This document shows positions 12,157-25,352 of a stretch of DNA of 64,000 nucleotides, piece after piece. This DNA comes from Octopus vulgaris (lineage: Eukaryota): NCBI GenBank assembly GCA_951406725.2, contig OX597830.1, positions 77,748,001 through 77,812,000 on the forward strand, in the 5' to 3' direction. The notes beneath the pieces were generated by a model, which worked only from the letters and a program-made list of their open reading frames with translations, did not search any database and had not been told where the DNA came from. Numbering within the stretch: position 1 is the first letter of the stretch; every line of letters begins with the position of its first letter. The translations under genes and the position numbers were made by a program.

Positions 12157-12928
12157 CATACAAACATACATACATACATACATACATACATACATACATA
12201 CATACATACATACATACATACATACATACATACATACATACATACATACATACATACATACATACATAAGTACATATGAAAAACTACAGAAGGCTTGTTT
12301 TATAAGGTTAAAGAATTTTTCATATAGTAACACACCAACTTTCTCACCTATATATATATATATATATATACAGGAAAGAAATGATATTGTACACGTATAT
12401 GTGTGTGTGGTTGGGTGTGTGGGTGTGTTATTGCTTTCTAGTTGTTCCCCCACACCCTCTGCATGCCCCGGTTTTACTAGTCACCGTATTCCCCATTCCC
12501 ACTTCCCCTTCATGTGAAGTCTCTACTCCCTTCTCATGCACCTTGTCAATAGCCCAGCATCTATATTCTGATTTCCGTATCTTGAGGGTATGCCCTGGCA
12601 CTTTTCCACCACTTATATCTCCCTTGCTCTACTCTACCATACCATTTATATTCTGATCCCCCGTTCCTTGTGAGCATGCTTTGGCATTTCGCCGCCATCT
12701 CTCTCCTGCTCTCTCTCTCCCCCTCTCTCTCTCCCTCTCTTGCACTATGGCTCTCTTCCAATCTCTGTCTCTCTCTTTTTCTTTCTCTTTTTTTCTCTTG
12801 CTCTCTGGCTCTCTTCCATTCTCTCTCTTTCTCTCTGTGTTTTTCTCTCTTCCTCTTGCTATCTCTCCGTCTGACTGGTTAACCGTGTATCTCCTCTACA
12901 GTAACACACCTGTCCTGGTCTCAATCTT

Positions 12929-12968
<40 letters not shown>

Positions 12969-13076
12969 CGAGTAACCGTGTATCTCTCCTATTGCCAGAA
13001 ATATTTCTGTCACTCTGTCACACACTAACCTTTCATCATCTGGCACAAGATCACCTCCAATATTTCAACTCTCTCA

Positions 13077-13398
13077 ATGGATCTTTGTCTTGCAAGTTAC
13101 TTGGTGAGCCTGCCAGTACTGGTGCCAGATAAAACAGCATCCAGTCCACACTGTAAAGAGGTTGGCGTTTGGAAGGGCATCCAGCTGTAAAAAATCAATG
13201 CCAAAACTGACCTCACCTGTGACTATGCCACATAAAAAGCACTTAGTCCACCCCACCGAGTGGTCGGTGCTAGGAAGGGCATCCAGCCGTTAAAAAATGC
13301 TCCAGAATAGACAGTGAAGCATGACGCACTCTTCTCTCTAGCCAGGTCCTCTCGAACCGCCCACCCTACACCAGCGTGGAAAGCGACGTTAAATGATG

Positions 13399-13400
<2 letters not shown>
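13077..13400 (+). mobile_element. SINE family E (GGAAGGGCATCCAGC core, (GAT)n tail)
   Basis: Two GGAAGGGCATCCAGC motifs; tail CCAGCGTGGAAAGCGACGTTAAATGATGAT shared with 34175-34262. Confidence 0.7.
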
Positions 13401-13439
<39 letters not shown>

Positions 13440-13441
<2 letters not shown>

Positions 13442-13645
13442 GACCGCGCGTGTATCGTTGGCGATTTTCTTTCTCCGTCTTCACTTCCTTGGAGCTTTCC
13501 TATTTCTATGTTTCTGACGAAGAACTCCGCTCGAAACGTTAAATCCCGCTTCTTTCTTTCCTTTCCTGAGCGTCCAATAACATACTTGTTCCACGTCCTC
13601 GCGTTGTTGTGTTTTCTCTTTGTGCTTTCATGTTTGTATTAACTA
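13440..13645 (+). mobile_element. Hammerhead-bearing short element (family H1a) in a (TA)n tract
   Basis: About 200-bp unit homologous to the reverse complement of 46641-46829. Confidence 0.75.
13510..13544 (+). ncRNA. Minimal type-I hammerhead ribozyme motif
   Basis: GTTT CTGACGA A GAAC TCC GCTC GAAAC GTT AAAT: intact CUGANGA/GAAA core, stem II with one mismatch, palindromic helix III. Confidence 0.7.
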
Positions 13646-13678
13646 TATATATACACACACACATATATATATATATAA

Positions 13679-13709
<31 letters not shown>

Positions 13710-13934
13710 TATGCAGAGGGAGTGAGTGAAACGGATATACAGACGGACATATCTGTTTAGGATAGTGCCGATTACGCAATTAGGTAGAAGTCATTCTTTC
13801 ATCTTTGCGCGGTATTTAACGACTCAATGTTTTTCAATATATTCAACAGGTGTAATTTTATGGTTATACCAACTAAAAACACACAAGGAAAGAAAACAAC
13901 CACAAATATACAACACACACACTGATATGATAGG

Positions 13935-13972
<38 letters not shown>

Positions 13973-14544
13973 ATTGCAGCCATTGTTATGACCCTATTCT
14001 GCTTGGATACCTAAAATTTTCTGATGTGGTTACCAGTAGCATCAAGCTACGATTTTATAAATCACCACGAGAACACCGCCACTTATGTATATGTGTATGT
14101 ATGTATGTATGTATGTATGTATATATGTATGTATGTATGTATGTATGCATGTATGTATGTATGTATGTACGTACGTACGTACCTACGTATGTATGTACGT
14201 ATGTATATATGTATATATATATGTGCATATATATCTGTGCATATATATTTGTGCATATATGTATGTATTATATATAGCATGAGCCTTCAGAAATTCTGGG
14301 TTCATGTCTGGTGTGCTTGGAAGGCCATTGGTACTGGGGCAGCCGCAGCTTTTGTGAAGGCAGGTTTTTATGGGGTCATAAAGGCCCCCTTTGATCATGA
14401 ATGGCCATGGGATTGCACCGAGGAAGTTACCCCCTGAGGAACAAGTCTGTTTGTGGAAGACCAAAAGTGGCCTGTGCATACTAGCCGGCTCGTAAAGTTA
14501 CCTTACATCTGCGTTTATCCCAACACTGTATAGTATCTGTAAGC

Positions 14545-14932
14545 TCTCTATTTATATAGCTGAAGTTGTCTGTTTATGGCAGGTTTGGTAGCCTTCAACT
14601 AACACTATCTCTTCCGAGACCCTACGGCGCAAGTTGACCAAAATTGAGAGTATGATAGAAGGCTTGCTCTTCCTTCTGTAGAAGAAAAAAATTCAAATCG
14701 GACCGAGTTAACACCAAAAATTATTTACATCAAAAAGCTACTTTTTATCTATGAAAATCCCTATTTTTTACGATTTTTTTACTACTGTGTCGCAATTTTT
14801 CGGTGTATTTCAACCAGAAAAATGTTCACTTAAAGAGAATAACAAGCTACATAATGCAAAATGTTTGCTTCTCGAAAATTGCAATTCTAAAGGGTCGAAA
14901 CAAACCCGAGCAACGCCGGGCAATACTGCTAG
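14545..14932 (+). mobile_element. Non-autonomous Helitron
   Basis: 5' TCTCTATTTATATA; 3' hairpin CCCGAGCAACGCCGGG (14905-14920) then CTAG|T. Confidence 0.7.
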
Positions 14933-15295
14933 TAATTGATAATTAGCATTGCCAATCCTTGCACTATTAGATAAATTAGAAAGAAAACAACAGTTCGCTC
15001 AGAATTTGTGCAAACCATAAATAGCACTAAGTTACTATTATCATTGTAATCAATAATTTCACGAGTAAACAACCATTAATGAGACAATAATTAACGCTGA
15101 AGGTTGTGAATCGATGTCTATTTAAGTCTGCAAAGAGAAAAACAATGTGGTTTATTAATGTGTCTTTGTTGTAGTTTAACCTGGATCTGCTTTTCACGGC
15201 AACATTAATAGAACTGCTTAATAAAAGTACACGTCCTTCCTTTTTATATGCGAAAAAATATATCTATTTATACCCTATGTCCATCTGTTTATCCG

Positions 15296-15372
<77 letters not shown>

Positions 15373-15454
15373 TTAAATAAATAAATAAATAAATAAATGA
15401 AAATATGCATGTACATATACTTACAAACATACACATATATATATATATACAGAG

Positions 15455-15494
<40 letters not shown>

Positions 15495-15550
15495 GAGTAT
15501 CATATGTATGTATGTATATATCTATTTCTCTATCTATCTATCTATCTATC

Positions 15551-15640
<90 letters not shown>

Positions 15641-15747
15641 TATATACATACATACATACATACATACATACATACATACATACATACATACATACACACA
15701 TACATATATACAACATGCTGAAATATATACATATACATACATACACG

Positions 15748-16060
15748 CGCACGTTTTAATTCATCAATAGATCGAGGGCGATGACTGAATACCTTTGATT
15801 TTAAACACCCCCACAAGAAGAAATCACATTTCACCATTCCAGAAGAAATGATCCATAGAGTTATCGATAACTTTCATGAACGTCTCCAACAGTGTGCTGA
15901 CAATGATGGGAAGCATTTAGCCGATTTAATTTTTAAAACTTAATGAAATGAAATGGCATTATATGTACATTCAGAAAATAAAATTTTTATTTTCATTATT
16001 TCTTATTTTATGCTTTTATTAAGCCTCCAAAAATGTCAGATCATTTTGGTCCACCCTGTA
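15748..16060. mobile_element. Tc1/mariner transposase 3' relic with an internal inversion and a 3' TIR
   Basis: Minus 15748-15830 encodes [27 protein letters not shown]; plus 15836-15943 encodes IPEEMIHRVIDNFHERLQQCADNDGKHLADLIFKT*; end ...CCACCCTG|TA. Confidence 0.85.
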
Positions 16061-16407
16061 TTAAGGCATTGTGACTCTCTCCAGACACAACACAATAAAG
16101 CATACCTAATTATTCTTATGTCAGCTTTAGCTGTACAGGTAAGTTTCCGGTTAGAATCATTACGAAAATTTACGTATAATCATTAGGTGTATTAAAAGAA
16201 ATATATATTCGACACTGTCGTACATTTTTAGATCCGTAGCGATGTCTATAGCCTTGAAATTTGATATAATAGTATAAGTTGAACTCTGATTTCTTGTAGG
16301 TGTTGGTAAAATTTCTGGCAGTAAGCATCCTTGACAAAAAACACAAAGGATCCTGTTCGTATCAGGGCAGATACAAATATAAACCCCTCAATCGAATATT
16401 TTTGTTA

Positions 16408-16422
16408 TAATAATAATAATAA

Positions 16423-16484
<62 letters not shown>

Positions 16485-16612
16485 ACAACAACAACAATAA
16501 CAATAACAACAACAGCAACTGTAACAGCAGCAACAACAGCAACAACTACAACACTTTAATGGCATGCAATGCTCTCACTCAACAACAACAACAACTAATA
16601 ATAATAATAATA

Positions 16613-16660
<48 letters not shown>

Positions 16661-16794
16661 GTGGTGGTGATGGTGATGAGGATGAGGATGAGGATAACCA
16701 TTCATCATCATCCTCAATATGATCATCCTTGTATAGAATTCCTGACAAATATCGCTTATCGTCATTATTTACCATGGTTATCTCGTCGTCGTCG

Positions 16795-16835
<41 letters not shown>

Positions 16836-17084
16836 GTCATCATCATCATCATCATCAAGTCAATATCGTCATCGTTGTCGTCGTCGTCGTCATCTATGCA
16901 TATTGCCGTTTTAATAACCTCTAACATCAATAATCCTCATCCTACTCCTCCTCCACGCCACTGTCTCTATCGCCGCCATCATCACTTACCCTTCCCATTA
17001 CAATTATCTTTAATCATCGTCTTTGTTACCGCCAACACTAACACCACCACCACCACCACCACCACCACCACCGCCGCCGCCACC

Positions 17085-17116
<32 letters not shown>

Positions 17117-17345
17117 CCACTACAATAACCGCAACCAGGCTTTTATTGGATATAATAAGGAATAACTTGCGATGGTGGCTGATGATAACCATTGACATTG
17201 TAATTGGTGCTTGAAAAATAATAATGATATTAACCACGGCGGCGGCGGCGGCGGCGGTGGTGGTGGTGGTGGTGGTGGTGGTGGTGGTGGTGGTAGCGAC
17301 GACGATGACGATGAAGATGACTATGTTGAGGGAGATGAAGACAAT
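16408..17345. repeat. Compound trinucleotide array (AAT/AGT/AAC/GAT/CAT/ACC/GGT)
   Basis: Directly visible. Confidence 0.9.
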
Positions 17346-17418
17346 AACAGTGGCGAAGATGATAGAAGTGGTTGCGTCGGTGATGGCCTCACAAAAAACC
17401 CATCAAATCATTAATTTT

Positions 17419-17503
17419 TTGCTTGTTTCAGTCAATGGACTACGGCCACACTGGAGCACCGCCCTGAAGGGTTCAGTCAGTCGAACTGAGCAAGTCCAGT
17501 ACT

Positions 17504-17544
<41 letters not shown>

Positions 17545-17616
17545 TGCTGCTTATTTTATCGGTTCTCTCTTGCTGAACCGTTATGTTACGGGCACATAAA
17601 GAAACCAATACTGGTT
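17419..17616 (-). mobile_element. SINE family A, 3' half
   Basis: CTTGTTTCAGTCAATGGACTACGGCCACACTGGAGCACCGCC...GAACCGTTATGTTACGG. Confidence 0.7.
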
Positions 17617-17626
17617 AGCTGTAAAT

Positions 17627-17758
17627 ATATGTGACTATTATTCGGTAGCCATGATAAAACTTCGATGGCCCGATAACTGAAAAGATGGCGGTGTGGGTTT
17701 CCGCCTCGACATCCAAAACTTGGAGTCTTATCATGGCTACCGAATAATAGTCACATAT
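17627..17758 (+). mobile_element. Hammerhead-bearing element (family H2) enclosed by a perfect 31-bp inverted repeat
   Basis: Arms 17627-17657 and 17728-17758; GATAA CTGAAAA GATG..CATC C AAAAC TTGGA GTC TTATC; homologue at 45434-45630. Confidence 0.7.
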
Positions 17759-17783
17759 TATATTTACACACAACACACACACA

Positions 17784-17814
<31 letters not shown>

Positions 17815-18211
17815 TATATATATATATAAAACGAAAAAGTAGTTTTAGAGACAGAACCACCCTCAACGCAATCAACATTGAAAGATATTATACCCGACCA
17901 AGCCATAAGATATTAAATATGATACTACATCTATTCAGAATTCCATACTTTCCATTTTAAAGACAAGACGTGTTTCATGACATTATGTCGGTATTGTTGA
18001 GATATAAGGTCTGTAGTTTCAATACTCAATTAAATCGACGTACTCCCAATCTTCAGGTCTGGATTCAACACATTTATTATCCTATCTAGATCCTATATAA
18101 CTCAATGATAATTGAAATTATTTGACTAAAAATCGTTAACATAATTTTATTTTACAAATTGATGGATAAGAATATAAATAAAAATAATGAATAAAAGATA
18201 TATATATATAG

Positions 18212-18290
18212 ATATTTACCAGAAACAACTGAGTGACTCATGGCTCGGTAGTTTCGGACCTTGAGTCACTCTGTTGCCTCTGCTAAATAT
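18212..18290. repeat. Imperfect hairpin, 79 nt
   Basis: ATATTTACCAGAAACAACTGAGTGACTCA ... TGAGTCACTCTGTTGCCTCTGCTAAATAT. Confidence 0.75.
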
Positions 18291-18675
18291 TAATAGAAAA
18301 CATCAATAAATTCATATTTTGAGTCAAATTTTTCCAGTTAGCAGCAACATACTCGCGCGCGCGCGCGCGTGTGTGTGTGTAAACATCAGGAGACCAGAAT
18401 ATCATTTATCTGTACCATTTGTCGTTGTATATAGTTAATAAATTGACGTTTACCACACTTGTAAATATCGATAAATCATACACCAATTGAAACACCTTAA
18501 CGTGTTGGTATAATGATGAATTGATGCCGTTTTGGCTATGTAACAGACTGAACATTCAGCTATGACTGAATGCTGGCGATCTCATTCGGAAAGGCATGTA
18601 AATCACAGCAGCACATCATTGTCTATCTCTCTGTTTTAAACGCATTCGAATTTGATAAAAGGTTTCGTTACTGCT

Positions 18676-19027
18676 GCTGCTTGTTTGATTGTTTGTTGAA
18701 GTCCGAAACGTGGTCCTTTGCTATTCATAAGACCCGCAGAAGAGAATGCAGGTCAACCCCCGACACCGAGAGCATCGACGGATAGATGAATGCGCATCCA
18801 GGCTCAGCAGTTGCGTAGGATGTCGGGGACAAGAAACATGAAGAAAGAGTGAGAGAAAGTTGGAGCGAAAGAGTATAACAGGGGTCGCCACTACCCCCTG
18901 CCGGAGCCTCATGGAGCTTTAGGTGCTTTCGCTCAATAAACACACACAACGGCCGGTCTGGGAATCGAAACCGCGATCCTCCGACCGCGAGTCCGCTGCT
19001 CTAACCACTGGGCCATTGTGCCTCCAC
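18676..19027 (-). mobile_element. SINE family C (tRNA head), tail type 1
   Basis: A-box TGGCCCAGTGG, B-box GTTTCGATTCC; colinear with 51098-51490. Confidence 0.85.
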
Positions 19028-19885
19028 TTGCTGCTGCTGGTGTTGATGACGACGACGGTGGTGGTGGTGATGCTGCTGTTGCTGCTGCTGCTGATGATGA
19101 TGATGATGCGGGTGGTGGTGACATGCTGATCAGAATGGCTGAAGATGGCGGTGTTAGTCTCGATGTTGTGGATGTCGATGATGTTTCAGTGTGGTGATGG
19201 CGGAGGTAGCGATGGTATAAGTGGTGGTAATGGTGTTTGTGTTGACGGCGATGGCAGTGAAGATGGTGCGAGAATCAGTGCAATGATCGTGGCGATGGCA
19301 ATTTCTCTTTGTTGATGTGAAAGTTGTAAGTGGAATTAATATTGCGTTGTGGAATTAATATTGAAACGTAATGGTGTCAGCGTTAACGGCGGTTGCGGTG
19401 GCGGCGGCGGTGGTGGTGGTGGTGGTGGTAGTGGTGGTGGTGGTGTAGTAGAGCTGGCTTTGATGCAATAAAAGTGACGGTAATAGTTTCGTTATGACGA
19501 CGGCGATGTCGTGATAGTCGTAGTAATTATTATGTTTTAGTAACTGATATTGCGACGACGACGACGTTGATGATAATGACGATGACGATGATGGTGACGA
19601 TGGGGACGAGGTGGAGGAAGAGGAGGAGGAGGAGGAGGAGGATGGTAGTGATGTTCTGGGACTGGTAATATAACGATGGTGGTGGTGGTGGTGATTCTAC
19701 TAATTATTGTTGTGTTGTAGTCATGTTCGTATTCTGCTGATCATAGTTGAGACTGTTGCTATTGCTGCTGCGGCTACTGCTGCTGCTGCTACTGTTGTTG
19801 CTGTTGTTGCAGTTGGTGCAGTTGGTGCTATTAAACAAGGAACGTGGTTCTGTATCGTTGTTTTTATTAATAACGATCTTGCTAA

Positions 19886-20495
19886 GGCGGCGAGCTGGCA
19901 GAAACGTTAGCACGCTGGGCGAAATGCTGAGCGGTATTTCGTCTGCCGCTACGTTCTGAGTTCAAATTCCACCGAGGTCGACTCAGCCTTTCATCCTTTC
20001 GGAGTCGATAAATTAAGTACCAGTTACGCACTGGGGTCGATGTAATCGACTTAAAACCTTTGTCTGTCCTTGTTTGTCCCCTCTTTGTTTAGCCCCTTGT
20101 GGGTAGTAAAGAAATAGGTATTTCGTCTGCCGTTACGTTCTGAGTTCAAATTCCACCGAGGTCGACTCAGCCTTTCATTCTTTCCGTGTCGATAAATTAA
20201 GTACCAGTTACGCACTGGGGTCGATGTAATCGACTTAAAACCTTTGTCTGTCCTTGTTTGTCCCCTCTATGTTTAGCCCCTTGTGGGCAATAAAGAAATA
20301 AGAATCATTCGCAAGCTGGGCAAAGCACTTAGCGGCATGCCGACCGTCTTTACGTTCTAAGTTCAAATTCCGCCGAGGTCGACTTTGGTTTTCGTCCTTT
20401 TGGGGTCGATTAAATAAGTACCAGTTACGCACTGGGGGTCGACGTAATCCACTTACTACCGCCTTCTCGAAGTCACTGCCCTCGTGCCAAAATTT
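19886..20495 (+). mobile_element. SINE family B, tandem trimer
   Basis: Head GGCGGCGAGCTGGCAG followed by three GAGGTCGAC..TTTC(A/G)T..TT..GTCGAT..AAGTACCAG bodies. Confidence 0.9.
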
Positions 20496-20501
20496 TAAGT
20501 G

Positions 20502-21150
<649 letters not shown>

Positions 21151-21706
21151 TTATTTTTGATCTTGTTATCATGATGGTGATGTTGACAGAGACTGTGTTG
21201 GTGGTGGTGGTGGTGGTGGTGATGGTGGTGGCTGACATTTTGGTAGCAGGTGATATAACTCGATAAGGTTCAATAGATATCTTCATCTTCATATAAGTTC
21301 GACCCCCACCATCTTCATCTTCATCCTTACTATTTTACAAATTGCTAACGAACCTCACCCCCACCTCATCAGTTTCCACTTCTCCATAACACTTATTAAC
21401 GGATCTTATTTCACACATCGTCATAACATCTATTAACAGCTAAAACGGTTTAGCCACACTAAGCTAAACGCTTTGGTTACGCATGTCTGTATATGAAATA
21501 TGATATATGATACAAGCATACACATACACACACACACACACACTCACTCACACGCACACACTCACACACACTCACACACACATACACACACATATACACA
21601 CACATATACACACACATATATGTAGATATATATATATGTGTGTATACATAAATACATAAACACACACTCTTGTATATATAGATAGATACATATATATATA
21701 TACGTG

Positions 21707-21743
<37 letters not shown>

Positions 21744-21895
21744 GTGTGTATACATAGATGCATAAACACACACATACACACATATATATAGATAGACAGA
21801 TACATATATGTGTATACATTTATACATAAACACACACACACATATATGTGTGTGCGTATAGATATACATATACATATATATATATTATATTATAT

Positions 21896-21929
<34 letters not shown>

Positions 21930-22039
21930 TGTATGTATGTATGTATGTATATATATATATATATACACGTGCTCATACATATATACATACACACAGACAC
22001 ACTCTTATGTTTATATATTACATATAATATATCACAGAT

Positions 22040-22273
22040 AAAAACGGATTTGAAAATCTGAGCTGGATCCTCAGTAAGCACTCGTGTGAATACCGGCTAT
22101 CAGAGTACATACCCGAGGGAAGGGGGTTATGATGAAGAAGAAAACTATCCATACAATCTGAAATTCCAGGTCAAGTAAATTAGTCGCAGAGTATAATGCA
22201 TTAAAGTCAAAAAGTGGAATTCGTGGTATTACATTTAATTAAATATAATGCCTTGAATTCCACTCTTTGACTT
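22040..22273 (+). mobile_element. PLE-like remnant: decayed hammerhead motif (22127-22174) followed by a 70-bp palindrome (22204-22273)
   Basis: TT ATGATGA AGA..TCT GAAAT TCCAG GTC AA; AAGTCAAAAAGTGGAATTC...GAATTCCACTCTTTGACTT. Confidence 0.45.
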
Positions 22274-22477
22274 ACCATTTCTGTGTGTACGTAATTACGT
22301 ATGTATATTTATGTATGTATATATATATATATATATTGTATTCTGTATGTATATACATATATATGTGTGTATGTGTATGTATAATTAATGTGTTAAACAC
22401 ATATATAATACAAATTAGTCATTTCCAGTTTTCTAGAGAGACTCGATTTGATGTGTGTGTGTGTATACCAAAGGATT

Positions 22478-22682
22478 GTGGAGGCGCGCGTTTTAGTGGT
22501 TAAAATCTGGCTGTGATGATCGTAAGATTGCGGGTTCAATTCTTCGACCTAAGAAACCGATAGAATAAGTACCAGGCTTTAAAAGAAAATAAGTGCCCGG
22601 ATCGATATATTCCACTAAAATTTCAAGGCGGTGCTCCAGCATGGCCGCAGTCAAATAGCTGAAACAAGTAAAAGATAAAAGA
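22478..22682 (+). mobile_element. Family D head (22478-22548) abutting a family A tail
   Basis: GTGGAGGCGCGCGTTTTAGTGGTTA..GGTTCAATTC then GAAACCGATAGAATAAGTACC...GAAACAAGTAAAAGA. Confidence 0.65.
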
Positions 22683-23554
22683 TATGGAGAAATACGTTTG
22701 TATATTAACGCACGCACACACACACAAACACAAACACACACACACATACACACACACATAGAGGCATGGCCGTGCGGTTAAAAAGCTAGCTTTGCAGCCA
22801 TGTGGTTTCGCGTTTGATCAAACTGCGGGGCACATTGCGCATAAATGACTTCTCCTATAGTCCCCGACTGACGAACGCCTTGCGAAAACAGGAGTGAAAC
22901 CGATTTAAAATCTCAAACAATGACAGCAGATGGTTTGAAGTGAGTCACATCACATTCGTTATCCTTTGTATTGCGTCTAATGTCTGCGATCGGGTCGAAC
23001 GTTGTCTGGTATTGCATCACAAAACCTCGACGGGAGAAAAAACTTTTAGATATATGAAGTGGACTGAGACGGCAGCGGAGATCACTATCGATCTATTTCT
23101 GTATTGCATCTGTATTTCTCCAATGACAAGTGTCCCCTTGTACCTCACGCGTGACATTTTGTGCCACGTGTTCACTCATTCAGATTACACAATTAGAAGA
23201 TAGTATAGGGCTCAGTAAGACATATTCCATCCATCAACCCATCAATACATGCACATATACATACATACATGCATACAAATACATACATACATGCATACAT
23301 ACATACACACACATGCATACATACATACATACATACATACATACATACATACATACATACATACATGCATCCATCCATCCATACATACAAACACATACAT
23401 ACATACATACATACATACATACATACATACATACATACATACAAACACACACACACATACATACACACATACGTACATACATGCATCCATCCAGCCATAC
23501 ATACATACATACATACATACATACATACATACATACATACATACGTACATTCAT

Positions 23555-23800
23555 TTCTCCGCCCACCATGCCTGGTAGGTTCATGGAGGTATAGTCCCGC
23601 GGCACTCCTTCCATGGGGTCCAATTAGAAGCAAGTTGGGATTCCCAAACTTGCTTCCGGTTGGACACCCAAACGTGACCAACTGAGACGATGGATTTTTA
23701 TCCAACGAGCTTGTTGTTGGTCTGCTCCTAGGCTCCTGCCTGTCGGTTCGGCTTGAACCCGTCTTGCGATTACTTTGCAGCGACATTCTAATCACATGTC
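23555..23800 (-). mobile_element. Probable RTE-type LINE ORF C-terminal relic
   Basis: Minus-strand frames give HRLSW../GHVW../PNLLL..PHGRS, resembling the RTE C-terminal RLxWxGHVxR..LLxWxP motif; a (TATG)n tract follows. Confidence 0.4.
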
Positions 23801-24130
23801 CGCAGTACCGTCGCTGTGACCTCCCAATGCGGTGAAGTAGCAGTTCGATCTGGAGAAACTCTCATCTAAATCAGAGGTTTTTTGGGGTTTTTTTCTGCGA
23901 GGTGTTCAATTACTGACAATCGCTATTTTATTTGCTGTGGTGGGAGTCAGGCTGCGGTTTAGGAATCAGGCGTCTGCAGCGAGGGAAACCATCGTTTCAG
24001 CAGTTTCAGCAGTTTTTCGTGGATGACAAGATCTAAAGACGGGTAAACAGTACACGAGTGCATTCACACTTCTCCTGGGTCACACGAACAGTTGCATCTT
24101 ATTGTTTGTTGCAATATTGTAAACATTAAA

Positions 24131-24730
24131 GGCGGCGAGCTGGCAGAAACGTTAGCACACTGGATGAAATGCTTATCGGTATTTCGTCTGCCGCTACGTT
24201 CTGAGTTCAAATTCCGCCGAGGTCGACTTTGCCTTTCATCATTTCGGGGTCGATTAAATAAGTACCAGTTTCGCACTGGTGTCGATGCAATCGACTTAAT
24301 CCGTTTGTCTGTCCTTGTTTGTCCCCTCTGTGTTTAGCCCCTTGTGGGCAATAAAGAAATAAGAATCGTTAGCACACTGGGTAAAATGCTTAGCGGTATT
24401 TCGTCCGTCGTTACGTTGAGTTCAAATTCCGCCGAGGTCGACTTTGCCTTTCATCCTTTCGGGGTCGATAAAGTAAGTACCAGTTACGCACTGGGGTCGA
24501 TATAATCGACTTAATCCGTTTGTCTGTCCTTGTTTGTCCTTTCTGTGTTTAGCCCCTTGTTGGTAGTAAAGAAACAGGTATTACGTCTGCAGCTACGTTC
24601 TGAGTTCAAATTCCGACTTTGCCTTTTATCTTTTCGGGGTCGATTAAATAAATTCCAATCACGCACTGAGGTCGATGTATGTCCTTGCTTGTCCCCTCTA
24701 TGTTTAGCCCCCTGTGGTCAATATAGAAAT
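24131..24730 (+). mobile_element. SINE family B, tandem trimer
   Basis: Head plus three bodies, the third degraded. Confidence 0.9.
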
Positions 24731-25169
24731 ATATACTGACGTAACATAGCGGTTTAACAAAAGACACCGATGGAATAAATACAAGGCTTAAAAGAAAATA
24801 AATAATGGGGTCGAATCTCTCTACGAAAATTGCTACGAAAAGGCAAGTGACCCAGTGAGGTTGCAGTCTAATTTACAACCACAAATAAAAACTTAAAGAC
24901 GAGGAGAGACACTAATAATATTTATGCATACATAGTGTAGGTAGGTAGATAGAGTAAATCTCATCTGTTTCGTCTTGAAGAACATCTGCTTATTCCATTA
25001 TTACCATCTAGTACGTGGTCACAGTTACCGCTGTCTGTTAGTCAAGATGCATATTAAAAAGCTAGAATTATAGAAATATTATTTGCAGAGTTATTGTATA
25101 ACACAACAGGTGAGTGGTATTATTGGTATTATTGGTATTATTGGTATTATTGGTATTATTTATTCACCG

Positions 25170-25352
25170 TTTCACGCGTTTCATTTGCTAATAAGAATTG
25201 CAGAGATTTTTACATGTTAGTTAGATATGTTAAGAACTATAATTGCAATTTCTACTTTCTCTTGTAATTCCTTTTCTTATAGGAATTTTTCTAACATGTC
25301 AATCTAACATGTAAGACTTTGTAATTCTTAGTGGCAAATGAAACACGTGTAA
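25170..25352. mobile_element. Fold-back MITE with long imperfect TIRs
   Basis: CACGCGTTTCATTTGCTAATAAGAATTGCA..TTACATGTTAG / CTAACATGTAAG..TGTAATTCTTAGTGGCAAATGAAACACGTG; a solo TIR lies at 36570-36605. Confidence 0.65.

Noticed and set aside
14280-14500. GC-richer island as a possible exon or HDV-like ribozyme
   Set aside because: No nested double pseudoknot or splice pair could be assigned by eye; probably an old repeat fragment.
18698-18760. GTCC GAAAC GTG GTC as a hammerhead half, antisense to the family C tail
   Set aside because: No correctly placed CUGANGA with supporting stems in either copy.
19886-20495. Tandem repeats resembling a CRISPR array
   Set aside because: Units are about 170-230 bp SINE bodies with no unique spacers, in eukaryotic DNA with no cas genes.
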